A stretch of DNA of 60,942 nt from Promethearchaeota archaeon (GCA_048938895.1 JBHLLU010000023.1:2147-63088), one strand, 5' to 3'; counted from the stretch's first letter, positions 50,240 to 60,155 are shown. Translations and numbers: made by a program. Notes: generated by a model not told the origin, from the letters alone.

Positions 50240-50794
50240 TTGATTATGATGAAGAACTTAGTTTCAGATGCTACAAAAGAAGCTTATATAAAGCGTTTCG
50301 AAAAAATGCAGAAATATCAAAATATCCCTGAAGGAGACAATCTATATTTATCTAAAGTCACTGCTCTTTCTGAACAGATAGAGAATTTACATGTTAAAGC
50401 AACAATTGGGGATCTCGTAATAGAAAATGATGGTCCAAAAGATTTAGGAGGATCTGGAACGATTCCAGGACCAATGCCAATGCTTTTAGCAAGTATTGCT
50501 AATTGTTTAGAAATAACAGCTTTACTTTATTTATCAGTATCAAATTTAAAAATAAATACTCTAAATGTGAAAGTAGAAGCAAAGTATGATAAAAGAGCTT
50601 CTCTTGATCCAAAAAAAGAGCCATTCCCTGGTTTTTTTGACTTTAAGTACACTTGGTATATTAATACTGAGGAAAGTCTAAAAAAAATTGACAGAATTCT
50701 GCAAAAAGTCGAAGAAATATGTCCTGTTAAGGGGACATTCAATAAACATCACGAGTTTCACAGAGATATTCAATTGATCAAAGAAGGTTTATAG
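50240..50794 (+). CDS. OsmC/Ohr family protein
   Basis: DGPKDLGG, PMPMLLASIANC, ICPV. Confidence 0.8.
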   Translation: MIMMKNLVSDATKEAYIKRFEKMQKYQNIPEGDNLYLSKVTALSEQIENLHVKATIGDLVIENDGPKDLGGSGTIPGPMPMLLASIANCLEITALLYLSVSNLKINTLNVKVEAKYDKRASLDPKKEPFPGFFDFKYTWYINTEESLKKIDRILQKVEEICPVKGTFNKHHEFHRDIQLIKEGL

Positions 50795-50872
50795 ATCATA
50801 ATAAATAATTTTAAAGCTAGTGTTTTATTATCGAAAATAGGTAAAAATTATAATAAGCCATTAATGTAGGTA

Positions 50873-53263
50873 TTGAAAATGAAACGTGTTATAATAATTG
50901 GTGGAGTTGCTGGTGGTGCTTCAACAGCAGCGCGTTTAAGACGTTTAAAAGAAGATTTTGAAATTATAATGTTAGATAAAGGTCCATATGTGTCATTTGC
51001 AAATTGTGGCCTCCCTTATTATATTGGAAATATTATTAAGGATCGTGAATCCTTAGAATTGGTGACCCCAGAGAGATTTCTTGAAAGGTTTAATATCGAT
51101 GTTAGGGTACACAATGAAGTAATTTCGATTGATAAGGAGAAAAAGATAGTTGGAATCAGAGATCTCAAAAAAAATAAGGAATATTCTCTAGAATATGATT
51201 TTTTGGTCTTAGCCCCAGGTTCAAAACCACTCGTTCCACCCTTTAAAGGCCTTGAGAATGTCCCACATTTTACTGTGTGGACAATTCCAGATGCTGTAAA
51301 AATAAGGCAATATATTGAAGAAACACCTATAAAGAAGGCTGTAATAGTTGGAGGGGGATTTATTGGTTTAGAGATGGCAGAAAATTTAGTAGAGAAAGGC
51401 GTAAGGGTAAAAATTGTTGAAATGCTAGATCAAGTTATGCCTCCTATTGATAAGGAAATGGCGCAGTTTATTCATCAGGAATTGATTCTAAATGGAGTTT
51501 GTCTTGTCTTAGAAGACCCAGTTGATTCTTTTGGAAGAACGGAAGATGGTAATCCTTTTGTTAAAACTAAAAGTGGGCGAATAATCGAAACAGATTTAAT
51601 TATTTTAGCCATTGGGATTAGCCCTCAAAATGAACTAGCAAAAACCGCAGGTTTAGATTTATCGGAAACGGGTTATGTTGTTGTTAATAACAGAATGGAA
51701 ACATCTGATCCAAACATATATGCTGTAGGGGATGTAGTGCAAGTTCAGCATCTTCAAACTCAAAACCCAATTTCAATGGCTTTAGCAGGTCCAGCAAATA
51801 AACAAGGAAGAATAGCAGCAGATAATATTGCTGGAAGAAATTCAGAATATATGGGTGTTTTAGGTGCTTCAGTTGTTAAGATTTTTGATGTAACTGTCGC
51901 CACTGTAGGATTAACTGAAAAGCAATTGAAAAACCTAGAGATTAAATATGATAAGATCTACATCCATCCCAACAATCATGCTGGGTATTATCCAGGTGCT
52001 ACTCCCATGGCTTTCAAACTCATTTTTGAAGTTCCTTCCGGTAAAGTTTTGGGGGCTCAAATAGTTGGAGGGCAAGGAAGTGAAAAAAGGATTGATGTAT
52101 TATCAACAATCATAAAAATGGGAGGAGATGTCTATGATCTAGAGGAATTGGAATTAACTTATGCTCCACCCTATGGTTCAGCAAAAGATCCCGTTAACAT
52201 GGCTGGATTTGTGGCGGCAAATTATCTCAAACAAGACATGCCCATATGGCATTGGCACGATTATACTATTATTTCTGCTAATGGGGGTCTTCTATTAGAC
52301 GTCAGAACTAAAGAGGAATTTTCGGCAAGAACTATTGATGGTTCAGTAAATATACCAATTGAAGAATTGAGAAATCGATTGAATGAACTTTCAGTGGATA
52401 AACCAATTTATGTATATTGTGAAGTAGGTTATAGGAGTTATTTAGCACTAAGAATTCTTTTGCAAAGTGGATTTAAGGAAGTGTATGAGTTGACAGGAGG
52501 ATTCAAGATTTTTGAGATGGCAAACGCTACAACAGAAGAAATTATGGCTGCCTGCGGAGGATCGGAAATAGTAATTGAAGAATTTGTACATGAAAAAGCT
52601 ATTGAAAGTGATGATTATATTGAAGTTGATGCTTGTGGACTTTCATGTCCAGGACCACTAAATGCATTGATTAAAGGTCTTGAAGAATTGCCTGAAGACA
52701 AGAAATTGAAAGTCTATGCAACAGATCCCGGTTTTAAATCTAGTGTTGAAGCTTACTCTAAATTAAATGAAGCGATAAAATTACTATCTCTTAGGAAAGA
52801 AAAAGGGATGTTAGTAGCAACCTTAGAAAAAATTCAACCTATTGAAGTTGTGGCAGCGGTAAAAAAGAAAACCAGAAAAGAATTGCGTCCTCCTGACGCC
52901 CCTCCAGTATCAAATATCAGTGCGGACGAACTTTTTGAAAGGATTGGCACTGAAGATGAACCACCGCTAATGATTGATGTTCGAACTCCCCAGGAATATA
53001 AGGGACCCCAAGGTCATATTAAAAATGCGAAATTAATTCCTCTTGGAGAATTAATGAATAATCCAGATGCTATTAAGGATTATAAGGATGAGGAAATAGT
53101 AGCAATATGTCATTCTGGCTCTCGCTCTATGATGGCGGCTCAAATTCTAGCACGTACAGGATTTAAAGATATTCGAAATTTAACGGGAGGAATGATGATG
53201 TGGCACAGGAAAGGTTATCCAGCAGAACTGGAAAAAAAAGGGATGACAGAGACTTATTATTAA
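50873..53263 (+). CDS. CoA-disulfide/persulfide reductase with rhodanese-TusA-rhodanese tail (Npsr-like)
   Basis: GGVAGG, SFANCG, GGGFIG, YAPPY; YCEVGYRS, GLSCPGP, ICHSGSRS. Confidence 0.85.
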   Translation: MKMKRVIIIGGVAGGASTAARLRRLKEDFEIIMLDKGPYVSFANCGLPYYIGNIIKDRESLELVTPERFLERFNIDVRVHNEVISIDKEKKIVGIRDLKKNKEYSLEYDFLVLAPGSKPLVPPFKGLENVPHFTVWTIPDAVKIRQYIEETPIKKAVIVGGGFIGLEMAENLVEKGVRVKIVEMLDQVMPPIDKEMAQFIHQELILNGVCLVLEDPVDSFGRTEDGNPFVKTKSGRIIETDLIILAIGISPQNELAKTAGLDLSETGYVVVNNRMETSDPNIYAVGDVVQVQHLQTQNPISMALAGPANKQGRIAADNIAGRNSEYMGVLGASVVKIFDVTVATVGLTEKQLKNLEIKYDKIYIHPNNHAGYYPGATPMAFKLIFEVPSGKVLGAQIVGGQGSEKRIDVLSTIIKMGGDVYDLEELELTYAPPYGSAKDPVNMAGFVAANYLKQDMPIWHWHDYTIISANGGLLLDVRTKEEFSARTIDGSVNIPIEELRNRLNELSVDKPIYVYCEVGYRSYLALRILLQSGFKEVYELTGGFKIFEMANATTEEIMAACGGSEIVIEEFVHEKAIESDDYIEVDACGLSCPGPLNALIKGLEELPEDKKLKVYATDPGFKSSVEAYSKLNEAIKLLSLRKEKGMLVATLEKIQPIEVVAAVKKKTRKELRPPDAPPVSNISADELFERIGTEDEPPLMIDVRTPQEYKGPQGHIKNAKLIPLGELMNNPDAIKDYKDEEIVAICHSGSRSMMAAQILARTGFKDIRNLTGGMMMWHRKGYPAELEKKGMTETYY

Positions 53264-53364
53264 TTAATTCTTATTTAATTTTCTTAATAGTCCGAATCCT
53301 TTGCAAGGATAATCAACCAATGACTATCGTTTATTTATTGGTTTCATTTTTTTCGGTTTTAAAT

Positions 53365-53589
53365 TTAAATTTTAGGTTTTCCTGATAACAGAATTAATAT
53401 TATCATAAAGACCAATCCAAACAAAAAGCTTATAATTGCAGAGATTGTTCTGTCATATACTATATATGGTTCTGTTGATGATGGTGGTATTGATCAACTT
53501 GAAATTCCCCAATTGATTAGATAACCTCCAAGAATAAAGAAAAAACCCATTAATAATAGCATAAATCCTCGTAAAATGGGATTCCTAAT
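53365..53589 (-). pseudogene. Small two-TM membrane ORF with in-frame TGA (pseudogene or recoded gene)
   Basis: AGGAGGG SD, ATT start: (M)RNPILRGFMLLLMGFFFILGGYLINWGISS*SIPPSSTEPYIVYDRTISAIISFLFGLVFMIILILLSGKPKI; TGA at 53496-53494. Confidence 0.5.
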
Positions 53590-53771
53590 CTAATTTCCCT
53601 CCTTAAATTTTAATTATTTTATGCATTATTCACATCGTATTTCAATATTTTCCTCTGTTTCTGCTTTTCTTTAAATTATAAGTAAAAAAGTTAAAATTCA
53701 GCAGAAATAATTTAAACTCAAATACATTCATCTAAATCGAAATTTCCAATTACAAAAATGAGGTAAATAAT

Positions 53772-54362
53772 ATGAAAGAAACTCCAAAAAAATTATACAC
53801 TGCCTATGTTGGCGAGAGTCAGGCTAGGAACCGCTATACATTCTTTTCAAAAATAGCCAAAAAAGAAGGATATGCATTAATCTCTGAAATTTTCCTTGAA
53901 ACCGCAAGTCAAGAATTGCAGCATGGAACTTGGTTTTATAAAATGCTCCAAGACTTCAAAAAAGAGGAATCTTTTTATGGAATGAAAGTACTGCCTGATG
54001 CTGAATTTCCAACAACCTACGGAACTACCATTGAAAATCTAAAATCTGCAATAGCAGGTGAAAATATGGAGTGGCAAACACTTTATCCTGATATAGCTGA
54101 AACTGCTGAAAAAGAAGGGTACCAGGATGTTGCCAAAAGAGTAAAAGCAATTGTAAAAGCTGAGAAACACCATTCTGAGAGATATGGGAAGCTCTTAAAG
54201 TTAGTTGGTGATGATGCATTTTTCAAACGTGGAAAAAAGGTTGTTTGGGTATGTATGGAATGTGGTTATGAAGTAGAAATGGATGCTTTACCCAATTCTT
54301 GGGTATGTCCTAGCTGCGGACATAGCAGAACATACTTCAGAAAGAAATGTGAGGATTTCTAA
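53772..54362 (+). CDS. rbr: Rubrerythrin
   Basis: GESQARNRY, E..H, GE..E, EKHH, CMECG...CPSC. Confidence 0.9.
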   Translation: MKETPKKLYTAYVGESQARNRYTFFSKIAKKEGYALISEIFLETASQELQHGTWFYKMLQDFKKEESFYGMKVLPDAEFPTTYGTTIENLKSAIAGENMEWQTLYPDIAETAEKEGYQDVAKRVKAIVKAEKHHSERYGKLLKLVGDDAFFKRGKKVVWVCMECGYEVEMDALPNSWVCPSCGHSRTYFRKKCEDF

Positions 54363-54449
54363 AAAAGTTAGTCAATTTTTAAATTAAAATCAAAATTTTT
54401 AAAAATCAAAATAGATGATTTTAAAAACAACAGAAATAGAATCTGTGAA

Positions 54450-54848
54450 TTGAATATGAAACAAAAAGAAATTTATAAGTGTAATGTGTGTGGGAAAGTA
54501 ATTGAAATCCTTAACCCAGCTGCTAAAGATACTATTTGTTGTGGTCAGTCAATGGTTTTAATGGAAGCCCAGACGAAAGACTGGAAGCTAGAGAAACATG
54601 TTCCTAAGATTACAATTGATGGGAATAAGGTTACTGTAGATGTTGGAATATCTATGGGAACTCCACATCCTATGACAGCTGAACACTATATTATGTGGAT
54701 TGAGTTAATCTGCAAAGATAACTGTTATAAACGACAAATGTTAAGTCCTGGAATGGAACCCAAAGCAACTTTCGTAGTCGCGGATACAAGTGGGCTAAAG
54801 GCTCGGGAATATTGTAATCTCCATGGATTATGGATTTCAGAAAAATAA
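54450..54848 (+). CDS. dfx: Desulfoferrodoxin (2Fe superoxide reductase)
   Basis: CNVCG, CCG, EKHVP, HPM...HYI.WI, CNLHGLW. Confidence 0.9.
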   Translation: MNMKQKEIYKCNVCGKVIEILNPAAKDTICCGQSMVLMEAQTKDWKLEKHVPKITIDGNKVTVDVGISMGTPHPMTAEHYIMWIELICKDNCYKRQMLSPGMEPKATFVVADTSGLKAREYCNLHGLWISEK

Positions 54849-54989
54849 ACACTTTTTTTTTATTTTATTTAAATATTTTAAAATAATTTTAAGATGATTA
54901 AACGCAATTATTATTATTATTAAAATCAAAAATATCCTCTGTTCTGAAAATATTCTCTGTAATGAAAAATTAAGGCAGATGTTAACTAG

Positions 54990-55535
54990 ATGAGTATTAA
55001 AGCAATATTTCTTGATAGGGATGGAACATTAATTGAAGATAAAGATTATGCCTATAAAGTGGAAGATTTAGAAATCTTACCAGGAGTAATTGAAGGTCTC
55101 AAATTACTTCAAAAGAGATATATATTTATAATAGTAACTAATCAATCAGGAATCGGTAGAGGTTACTATACAACAGAGGATTTTCATAATTTTAATAATC
55201 ACTTAATTAAATTACTACATAAAGAAAATATAGAGGTAGTAAAAACTTTTTTTTGTCCTCATTTAAAAGAGGAAGATTGTGAATGTAGGAAACCAAAAAC
55301 TGGATTTATTGAGGAAATTGTTGTAGAATTTAATGTTAGCATTCAAGATTCTTGGATGATGGGTGATCATCCCTCTGATATAGAATTTGGAATTAATGCT
55401 GGTTGCAAAACTGTTTTTCTCACTACAGGACATGGTAACAGACATAAAGAGGAATTGGAATCCCTCGGAATTAGTCCAACGATGATCAGCGACAATTTTT
55501 TAGAAGCAGCAAAAAAAATTTTACAGTATGATTAA
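54990..55535 (+). CDS. gmhB: GmhB/HisB-type HAD phosphatase
   Basis: FLDRDGT, TNQSGIGRG, CPH....CECRKP, GD..SD. Confidence 0.8.
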   Translation: MSIKAIFLDRDGTLIEDKDYAYKVEDLEILPGVIEGLKLLQKRYIFIIVTNQSGIGRGYYTTEDFHNFNNHLIKLLHKENIEVVKTFFCPHLKEEDCECRKPKTGFIEEIVVEFNVSIQDSWMMGDHPSDIEFGINAGCKTVFLTTGHGNRHKEELESLGISPTMISDNFLEAAKKILQYD

Positions 55536-55616
55536 CTGAAATAAGCGATTATTATAAAAATCTACATTCTTTTTAGTCAAATATAAGATTGGTTAAGAAT
55601 ATATTTCAGGATATTA

Positions 55617-56105
55617 ATGTACTATCGAAAACTGAATAACGCTGCAATGTGGAAAAAGATCCAAAAATTGAGAGATCTTATCAAACTGGAAACTAATTTC
55701 AAGGAAAGAGTGTGTTGGAATTGCAGTAAAGATCTCAACATTTATGATTTCCTCAGTGATAATGTTGATTTTGCTCCAGAATATATCTTAAAATTATGGC
55801 AAAACCCAATGTTAGAGTTCCATTGCTGTGAATGTTTTAAAAATCTCAAAATTGATGAGCTACAGAAGATAGAGCAAGAATTACCTACGAGGGTATGTTT
55901 AAATTGTCATGCATTGATAGATATTTATAAATTTAGTAAATTTCATGACTATTTGAAAATCCATGAGCTAAAGAAATATTGGTTAGATCCCAAGTTTAAC
56001 ATCTTTTGCGATAACCTATGTCAGCGTAAATACTTTAAGGTTTATTACGACTTTTTAAGAAACCGAAAGTTGAAAAGGCAAAGGGAATTAACTAAAAATA
56101 CATAA
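55617..56105 (+). CDS. Cys-rich duplicated Zn-finger hypothetical protein
   Basis: RVCWNC..L.IY.F...CCEC and RVCLNC...IDIY.F...CDNLC. Confidence 0.6.
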   Translation: MYYRKLNNAAMWKKIQKLRDLIKLETNFKERVCWNCSKDLNIYDFLSDNVDFAPEYILKLWQNPMLEFHCCECFKNLKIDELQKIEQELPTRVCLNCHALIDIYKFSKFHDYLKIHELKKYWLDPKFNIFCDNLCQRKYFKVYYDFLRNRKLKRQRELTKNT

Positions 56106-56107
56106 GG

Positions 56108-57604
56108 CTATTCTGGGTGTTTTCGTTTGTATTCCAATCTTCTTTGTTCGTGTAGTTTGGCAACCTCTTTTTTCATCTCTGCTACAACTTTTCCAGTTAG
56201 TGGATAAAATTTTACCCACACAATTAAACCAATCAAACAAACTATTCCTGGTATAAGAGTCATACTCATATTAACACTTAAAGAAGCCAAGAAAATTCCC
56301 TTGGTAGCATCTAATCCATCTATAGCTTCTACGTATATTAACCCAAATGCTGTCATTAAGGCAGGTGGGATTGCTAAGGCTACACTAATCATAGGTTTAC
56401 TTAGTAATGGACCCACACCTGCATAGAGCCCTTCCCTTCTCTCCCCGGAAATTTTCCAATAATCAAAATCTATTGTATCTGCTCTCATTGGGTTATGTAA
56501 AATAAAGTCTCCTGCAAAACCAAGCATGAAAATTGAAATACCAATCGAAACAAGAATCCAGTTATTTGATAATCCGGCAAAAAAGCTTATAAAACTCCCT
56601 ATAGTAAGCATCGTTAAAGAATAAGTTATAGACGCTTTAGTTGAGATTTTAGCTGAAATTCTTAATATCAAGGGTATTGATATAATTAAAAAAATTACTG
56701 GTCCAATCCAAAAAATTATCATATTAATCCCTTCCATTTGTGCGAGAACCCAGGTTAAATAGAAAGGTAAACTCACCATAACCATATTGACTAAAAACAC
56801 AGAAACTCCATCATAAATCACATAAACTCTGAAAGAAGGATTTTTAAAGGCAAGTTTTATTGACTTTATTAAAGGTGTCTTCTCCCCAGGGATATGTTCA
56901 CTATGCTCAGGAACGTATTTTGATAAGATTAAATATGGAACCACTCCAAAAATGGCAATAACTATCACAAGTATTTGAAATTGAGCGATCGATTCCCTTG
57001 TTGGTTCAGCTAGAAATATAACAGGAATGATAAATCCTATTATAATCGCCGGTAAGTTAAAAACAGTACTTATCAATTGAATTTTTTCTCGTTCTCGTTG
57101 ATTTAATGTCATCTGGGGTAATAACGCAACATGAGCAATTAGAACCATAGTAAATAATGTATCATAAGCAATTTGGGTAATTAGATACCATGTAAAAAGC
57201 CAAACTTGAATTGTAAGATCATTTGGGTGTCCTCTCCATGCACCTGGTGGAAAAAACACTAAAGCAAAACATACACTAAATATCGGGGCTCCATATTTAA
57301 TATAAGGGATGTATCTTTGAACTTCTCCCTTCTTCTTGTTATAATATCGAGTATTACCAATCATATTCCCAAAAATGGGGTCGTTGATTAGATTCCAAAC
57401 AGCATACACAATCTGGGCTAGAATTATCCAAATATTTAATAATCCCATCCATCCATAATAAAACGCTTGGATTACACCCATAACTGCGCTATAGAAGGTA
57501 CCTGGCACATTAGCAAAACCATAGGATAATTTTTCTTTTAAGTGTACTCTCTCAAAAATGATTTCTTTTTGTTCTGTTTTTTCGCGCATTAAAATAATCC
57601 CCAA
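56108..57604 (-). CDS. MFS transporter, GPH/MelB type
   Basis: WNLINDPIFG, ADTIDFD, RREGLY; about 12 TM helices. Confidence 0.85.
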   Translation of the reverse strand: MGIILMREKTEQKEIIFERVHLKEKLSYGFANVPGTFYSAVMGVIQAFYYGWMGLLNIWIILAQIVYAVWNLINDPIFGNMIGNTRYYNKKKGEVQRYIPYIKYGAPIFSVCFALVFFPPGAWRGHPNDLTIQVWLFTWYLITQIAYDTLFTMVLIAHVALLPQMTLNQREREKIQLISTVFNLPAIIIGFIIPVIFLAEPTRESIAQFQILVIVIAIFGVVPYLILSKYVPEHSEHIPGEKTPLIKSIKLAFKNPSFRVYVIYDGVSVFLVNMVMVSLPFYLTWVLAQMEGINMIIFWIGPVIFLIISIPLILRISAKISTKASITYSLTMLTIGSFISFFAGLSNNWILVSIGISIFMLGFAGDFILHNPMRADTIDFDYWKISGERREGLYAGVGPLLSKPMISVALAIPPALMTAFGLIYVEAIDGLDATKGIFLASLSVNMSMTLIPGIVCLIGLIVWVKFYPLTGKVVAEMKKEVAKLHEQRRLEYKRKHPE

Positions 57605-57710
57605 TTTGTGAATTAAATTTTAATTTCTAAAAATAATTAAGATTTTTCAATCTTTTGAAAATAATCTAAAAAAAAATCTAAAATAAAAGAAAATAGATAT
57701 ACAAATTTGA

Positions 57711-58889
57711 TTAAATTCTTTTCTTCCCTAAGAAAGGCATTGCATGTTCATAATTTTTCATAACAAATCTAGAAATGACGATTCTCTGAATCTCACTTGT
57801 TCCCTCATAAATTTGATAAAGTTTTGCATCTCTAAATAATTTTTCAACAGGTTGAGTTCTTAGATAACCATAACCTCCGAAAATTTGAATAGCTTCAGTG
57901 GTAACGTTCATAGCTACATCTGATGCAAACGCTTTAGCTATCGCAGAACTCAGGTTGTTATCCATGCCTTGATCAGCTTCCCAAGCAGCTTTATAAGTTA
58001 ATAATCGTGCGGCTTCTATATCCTTATACATATTTGCTATTTTTTCTTGAATGACTTGGTAATTTCCAATTGGTCTACCAAAAGCCTCTCTTTTATTGGC
58101 ATAATCAATTGAATACTCCATAGCGGAGCGAGCACATCCAGTGGCAAATGCTCCTATTGCCGGACGTGTATGAGCAAAAGTTTGCATAGCTAAAACAAAT
58201 CCTCTTCCTGGTTTTGCAAGAATGTTTTCCTTGGGGATTCGAACATTTTTTAATCCCACTGATACTGTGTTGGATGCTCTTTGACCTAGTTTTGGAATAT
58301 GCTTACCTAATTTAACTCCCTCGTTTTTAGTATCTACTATAAATGCCGCAATCCCTTTATGCTTTTTTTCAGGGTCTATAGTTGCAAAAACGGTGATGTA
58401 ATCAGCAACACCACCATTAGTAATCCAAAATTTATTACCATTTAGAATAAACTCATCTCCATCTTGCTCCGCCTTACATTTCATTCCAGCTACATCAGAT
58501 CCCATCCCTGGCTCAGAAGTTGCAAAAGCTATTAGTTTAAATTCGTTAATTAATTCAGAGAGAATTCTTTGTTTTTGCTCTTCATTACCACCAATTAAGA
58601 TTGGTTCTGCTCCAAGATTGTTATCAAAAAGGGAAGTGGCAATACCAGGACATGCTGAAGACATTTCTTCAACAACAATGCAAGAATCCAATAATCCATA
58701 TCCTAGTCCACTATACTCTTTGGGTATCATTAAATTCAAAAGCTTCTCTTCCCACGCCTTTTTTATGACGGGCAAGGGAAATTCTTCAGACTCATCGTAT
58801 TTACTAGCAACAGGTAATACTTCATTAATAGCAAATTCTCTTGCCTTTTTTTGTAAAGCCTTTTGTTCCTCAGTTAACACAAAATCCAT
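57711..58889 (-). CDS. Acyl-CoA dehydrogenase
   Basis: SEPGMGSD, GNKFWITNG, QIFGGYGY, IYEGTSEIQR. Confidence 0.95.
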   Translation of the reverse strand: MDFVLTEEQKALQKKAREFAINEVLPVASKYDESEEFPLPVIKKAWEEKLLNLMIPKEYSGLGYGLLDSCIVVEEMSSACPGIATSLFDNNLGAEPILIGGNEEQKQRILSELINEFKLIAFATSEPGMGSDVAGMKCKAEQDGDEFILNGNKFWITNGGVADYITVFATIDPEKKHKGIAAFIVDTKNEGVKLGKHIPKLGQRASNTVSVGLKNVRIPKENILAKPGRGFVLAMQTFAHTRPAIGAFATGCARSAMEYSIDYANKREAFGRPIGNYQVIQEKIANMYKDIEAARLLTYKAAWEADQGMDNNLSSAIAKAFASDVAMNVTTEAIQIFGGYGYLRTQPVEKLFRDAKLYQIYEGTSEIQRIVISRFVMKNYEHAMPFLGKKRI

Positions 58890-58905
58890 TATTTTTTTCC
58901 TCCTC

Positions 58906-60155
58906 TTACTCCATTTTTTTAATAAGTTTATCTACGATCTCTTTAAAGTCTAACTCTTCTGGTTTTGGTACATATCGAATTTTGATTAGCTCGTCCATAA
59001 CGTCTATCTTAGTTTCTTTCATTATATCTGCAATTTCTTGAGCTGCTTGACCCGACCATCCGTATGAACCAAATGCTAAACCAATTTTATTCATTGGTTT
59101 CAACCCTCTTTGATATGATAAATATTCTGCTACTGTAGGATATAATCCATTGTTTAACGTTGGACTTCCAACTAATATGGCTTTTGCTTTCATTGCCTCT
59201 GTAATAACATCTGAATAATCTGCGGTAGTTAATTTAAACCTTTTTACAGGAATACCTCGATGATTGATTTGATTTGCTAAAGCTTTAGCAATCTTTTCAG
59301 TACTGCCCCACATAGTATCATACACAATTAGTACTGATTTCTCATCAATTTCTCCTTTACACCATTTAGTATATTTCTCAAGAATTTCTGGGATATGACT
59401 TCGCCAGCATACTCCATGAGAAGGGCATATTATATCAATGGGTAAGGAACCTACTTTTGGTAATGCTTTCGCAATTAACCCAGATAAATGCAATAAAATA
59501 TTAGCATAATATTTTTCGGCTTCTTGCATTATCTCACATAAATCATTCTCATCATCCCACCTTTTTGTGGTTGCTAAATGTTGCCCGAAAGCATCATTGG
59601 AAAATAAAACATTCTTTCCATTCTCATCAGTCATAAATGATACCATTGAATCTGGCCAATGTATCATAGGTATTGGAACAAAAGTAAATGATTTCCCATT
59701 TCCAATATCCAGTGTATCACCCTCTTTTACACCTCTAATTCGATTAAAGATATCATCACTTACCTCTTGGTGATAGTAGGCTTTTAACGTATCTATTCCT
59801 CTTTCTGAGGCAATCAATTGGCATGTATTAGGTAAATGATTAATAATTAATGGAAATGAGCCTGAATGATCAGGTTCAACATGGTTAGTAATGAAATAAT
59901 CAATTTCCTCTAAGGCACATACTTCTTGGATGTTTTTTAAAAAATATTCAAAATATGGTCGTTTAACAGTATCTATTAGTACCGTATTCTCTCCACTCTT
60001 CACGATATACGCATTGTAGCTTGCTCTAATCAACCGAAATGGCTAAAATAACTGAATTTTTTTTCATTTGAGCCCCTATGCGTACTATATCCGTGAAAAT
60101 TGCGAACCTCAAAATCGACATACCCTACAAAGTATACATCTTTCATTAATTCCAT
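58906..60155 (-). CDS. fprA: Flavodiiron protein, spliced: exon 1 60155-60068, exon 2 60020-58906, 400 aa
   Basis: Exon 1 MELMKDVYFVGYVDFEVRNFHGYSTHRGS joins SYNAYIVK...IDTVK; HVEPDHSG, HWPD, SNDAFG, PSHG, flavodoxin TMWGST and GSYGW. Confidence 0.9.
60021..60067 (-). other. 47-nt canonical BHB intron in fprA mRNA
   Basis: ATGAAAAAAAATTCAGTTATTTTAGCCATTTCGGTTGATTAGAGCAA; central helix GCTC/GAGC, bulges AAA and AAG, intron helix TGA/TTA, exon helices GG/CT and TACGCAT/ATGCGTA; contains in-frame TGA. Confidence 0.9.

Noticed and set aside
2655-59773. Antisense or alternate-frame ORFs in the track (e.g. 2655-2978, 3851-4252, 11230-11775, 14038-14394, 36013-36339, 47866-48210, 53200-53385, 58618-58953)
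   Set aside because: They overlap well-supported genes and show no recognisable motifs, so they are treated as shadow ORFs
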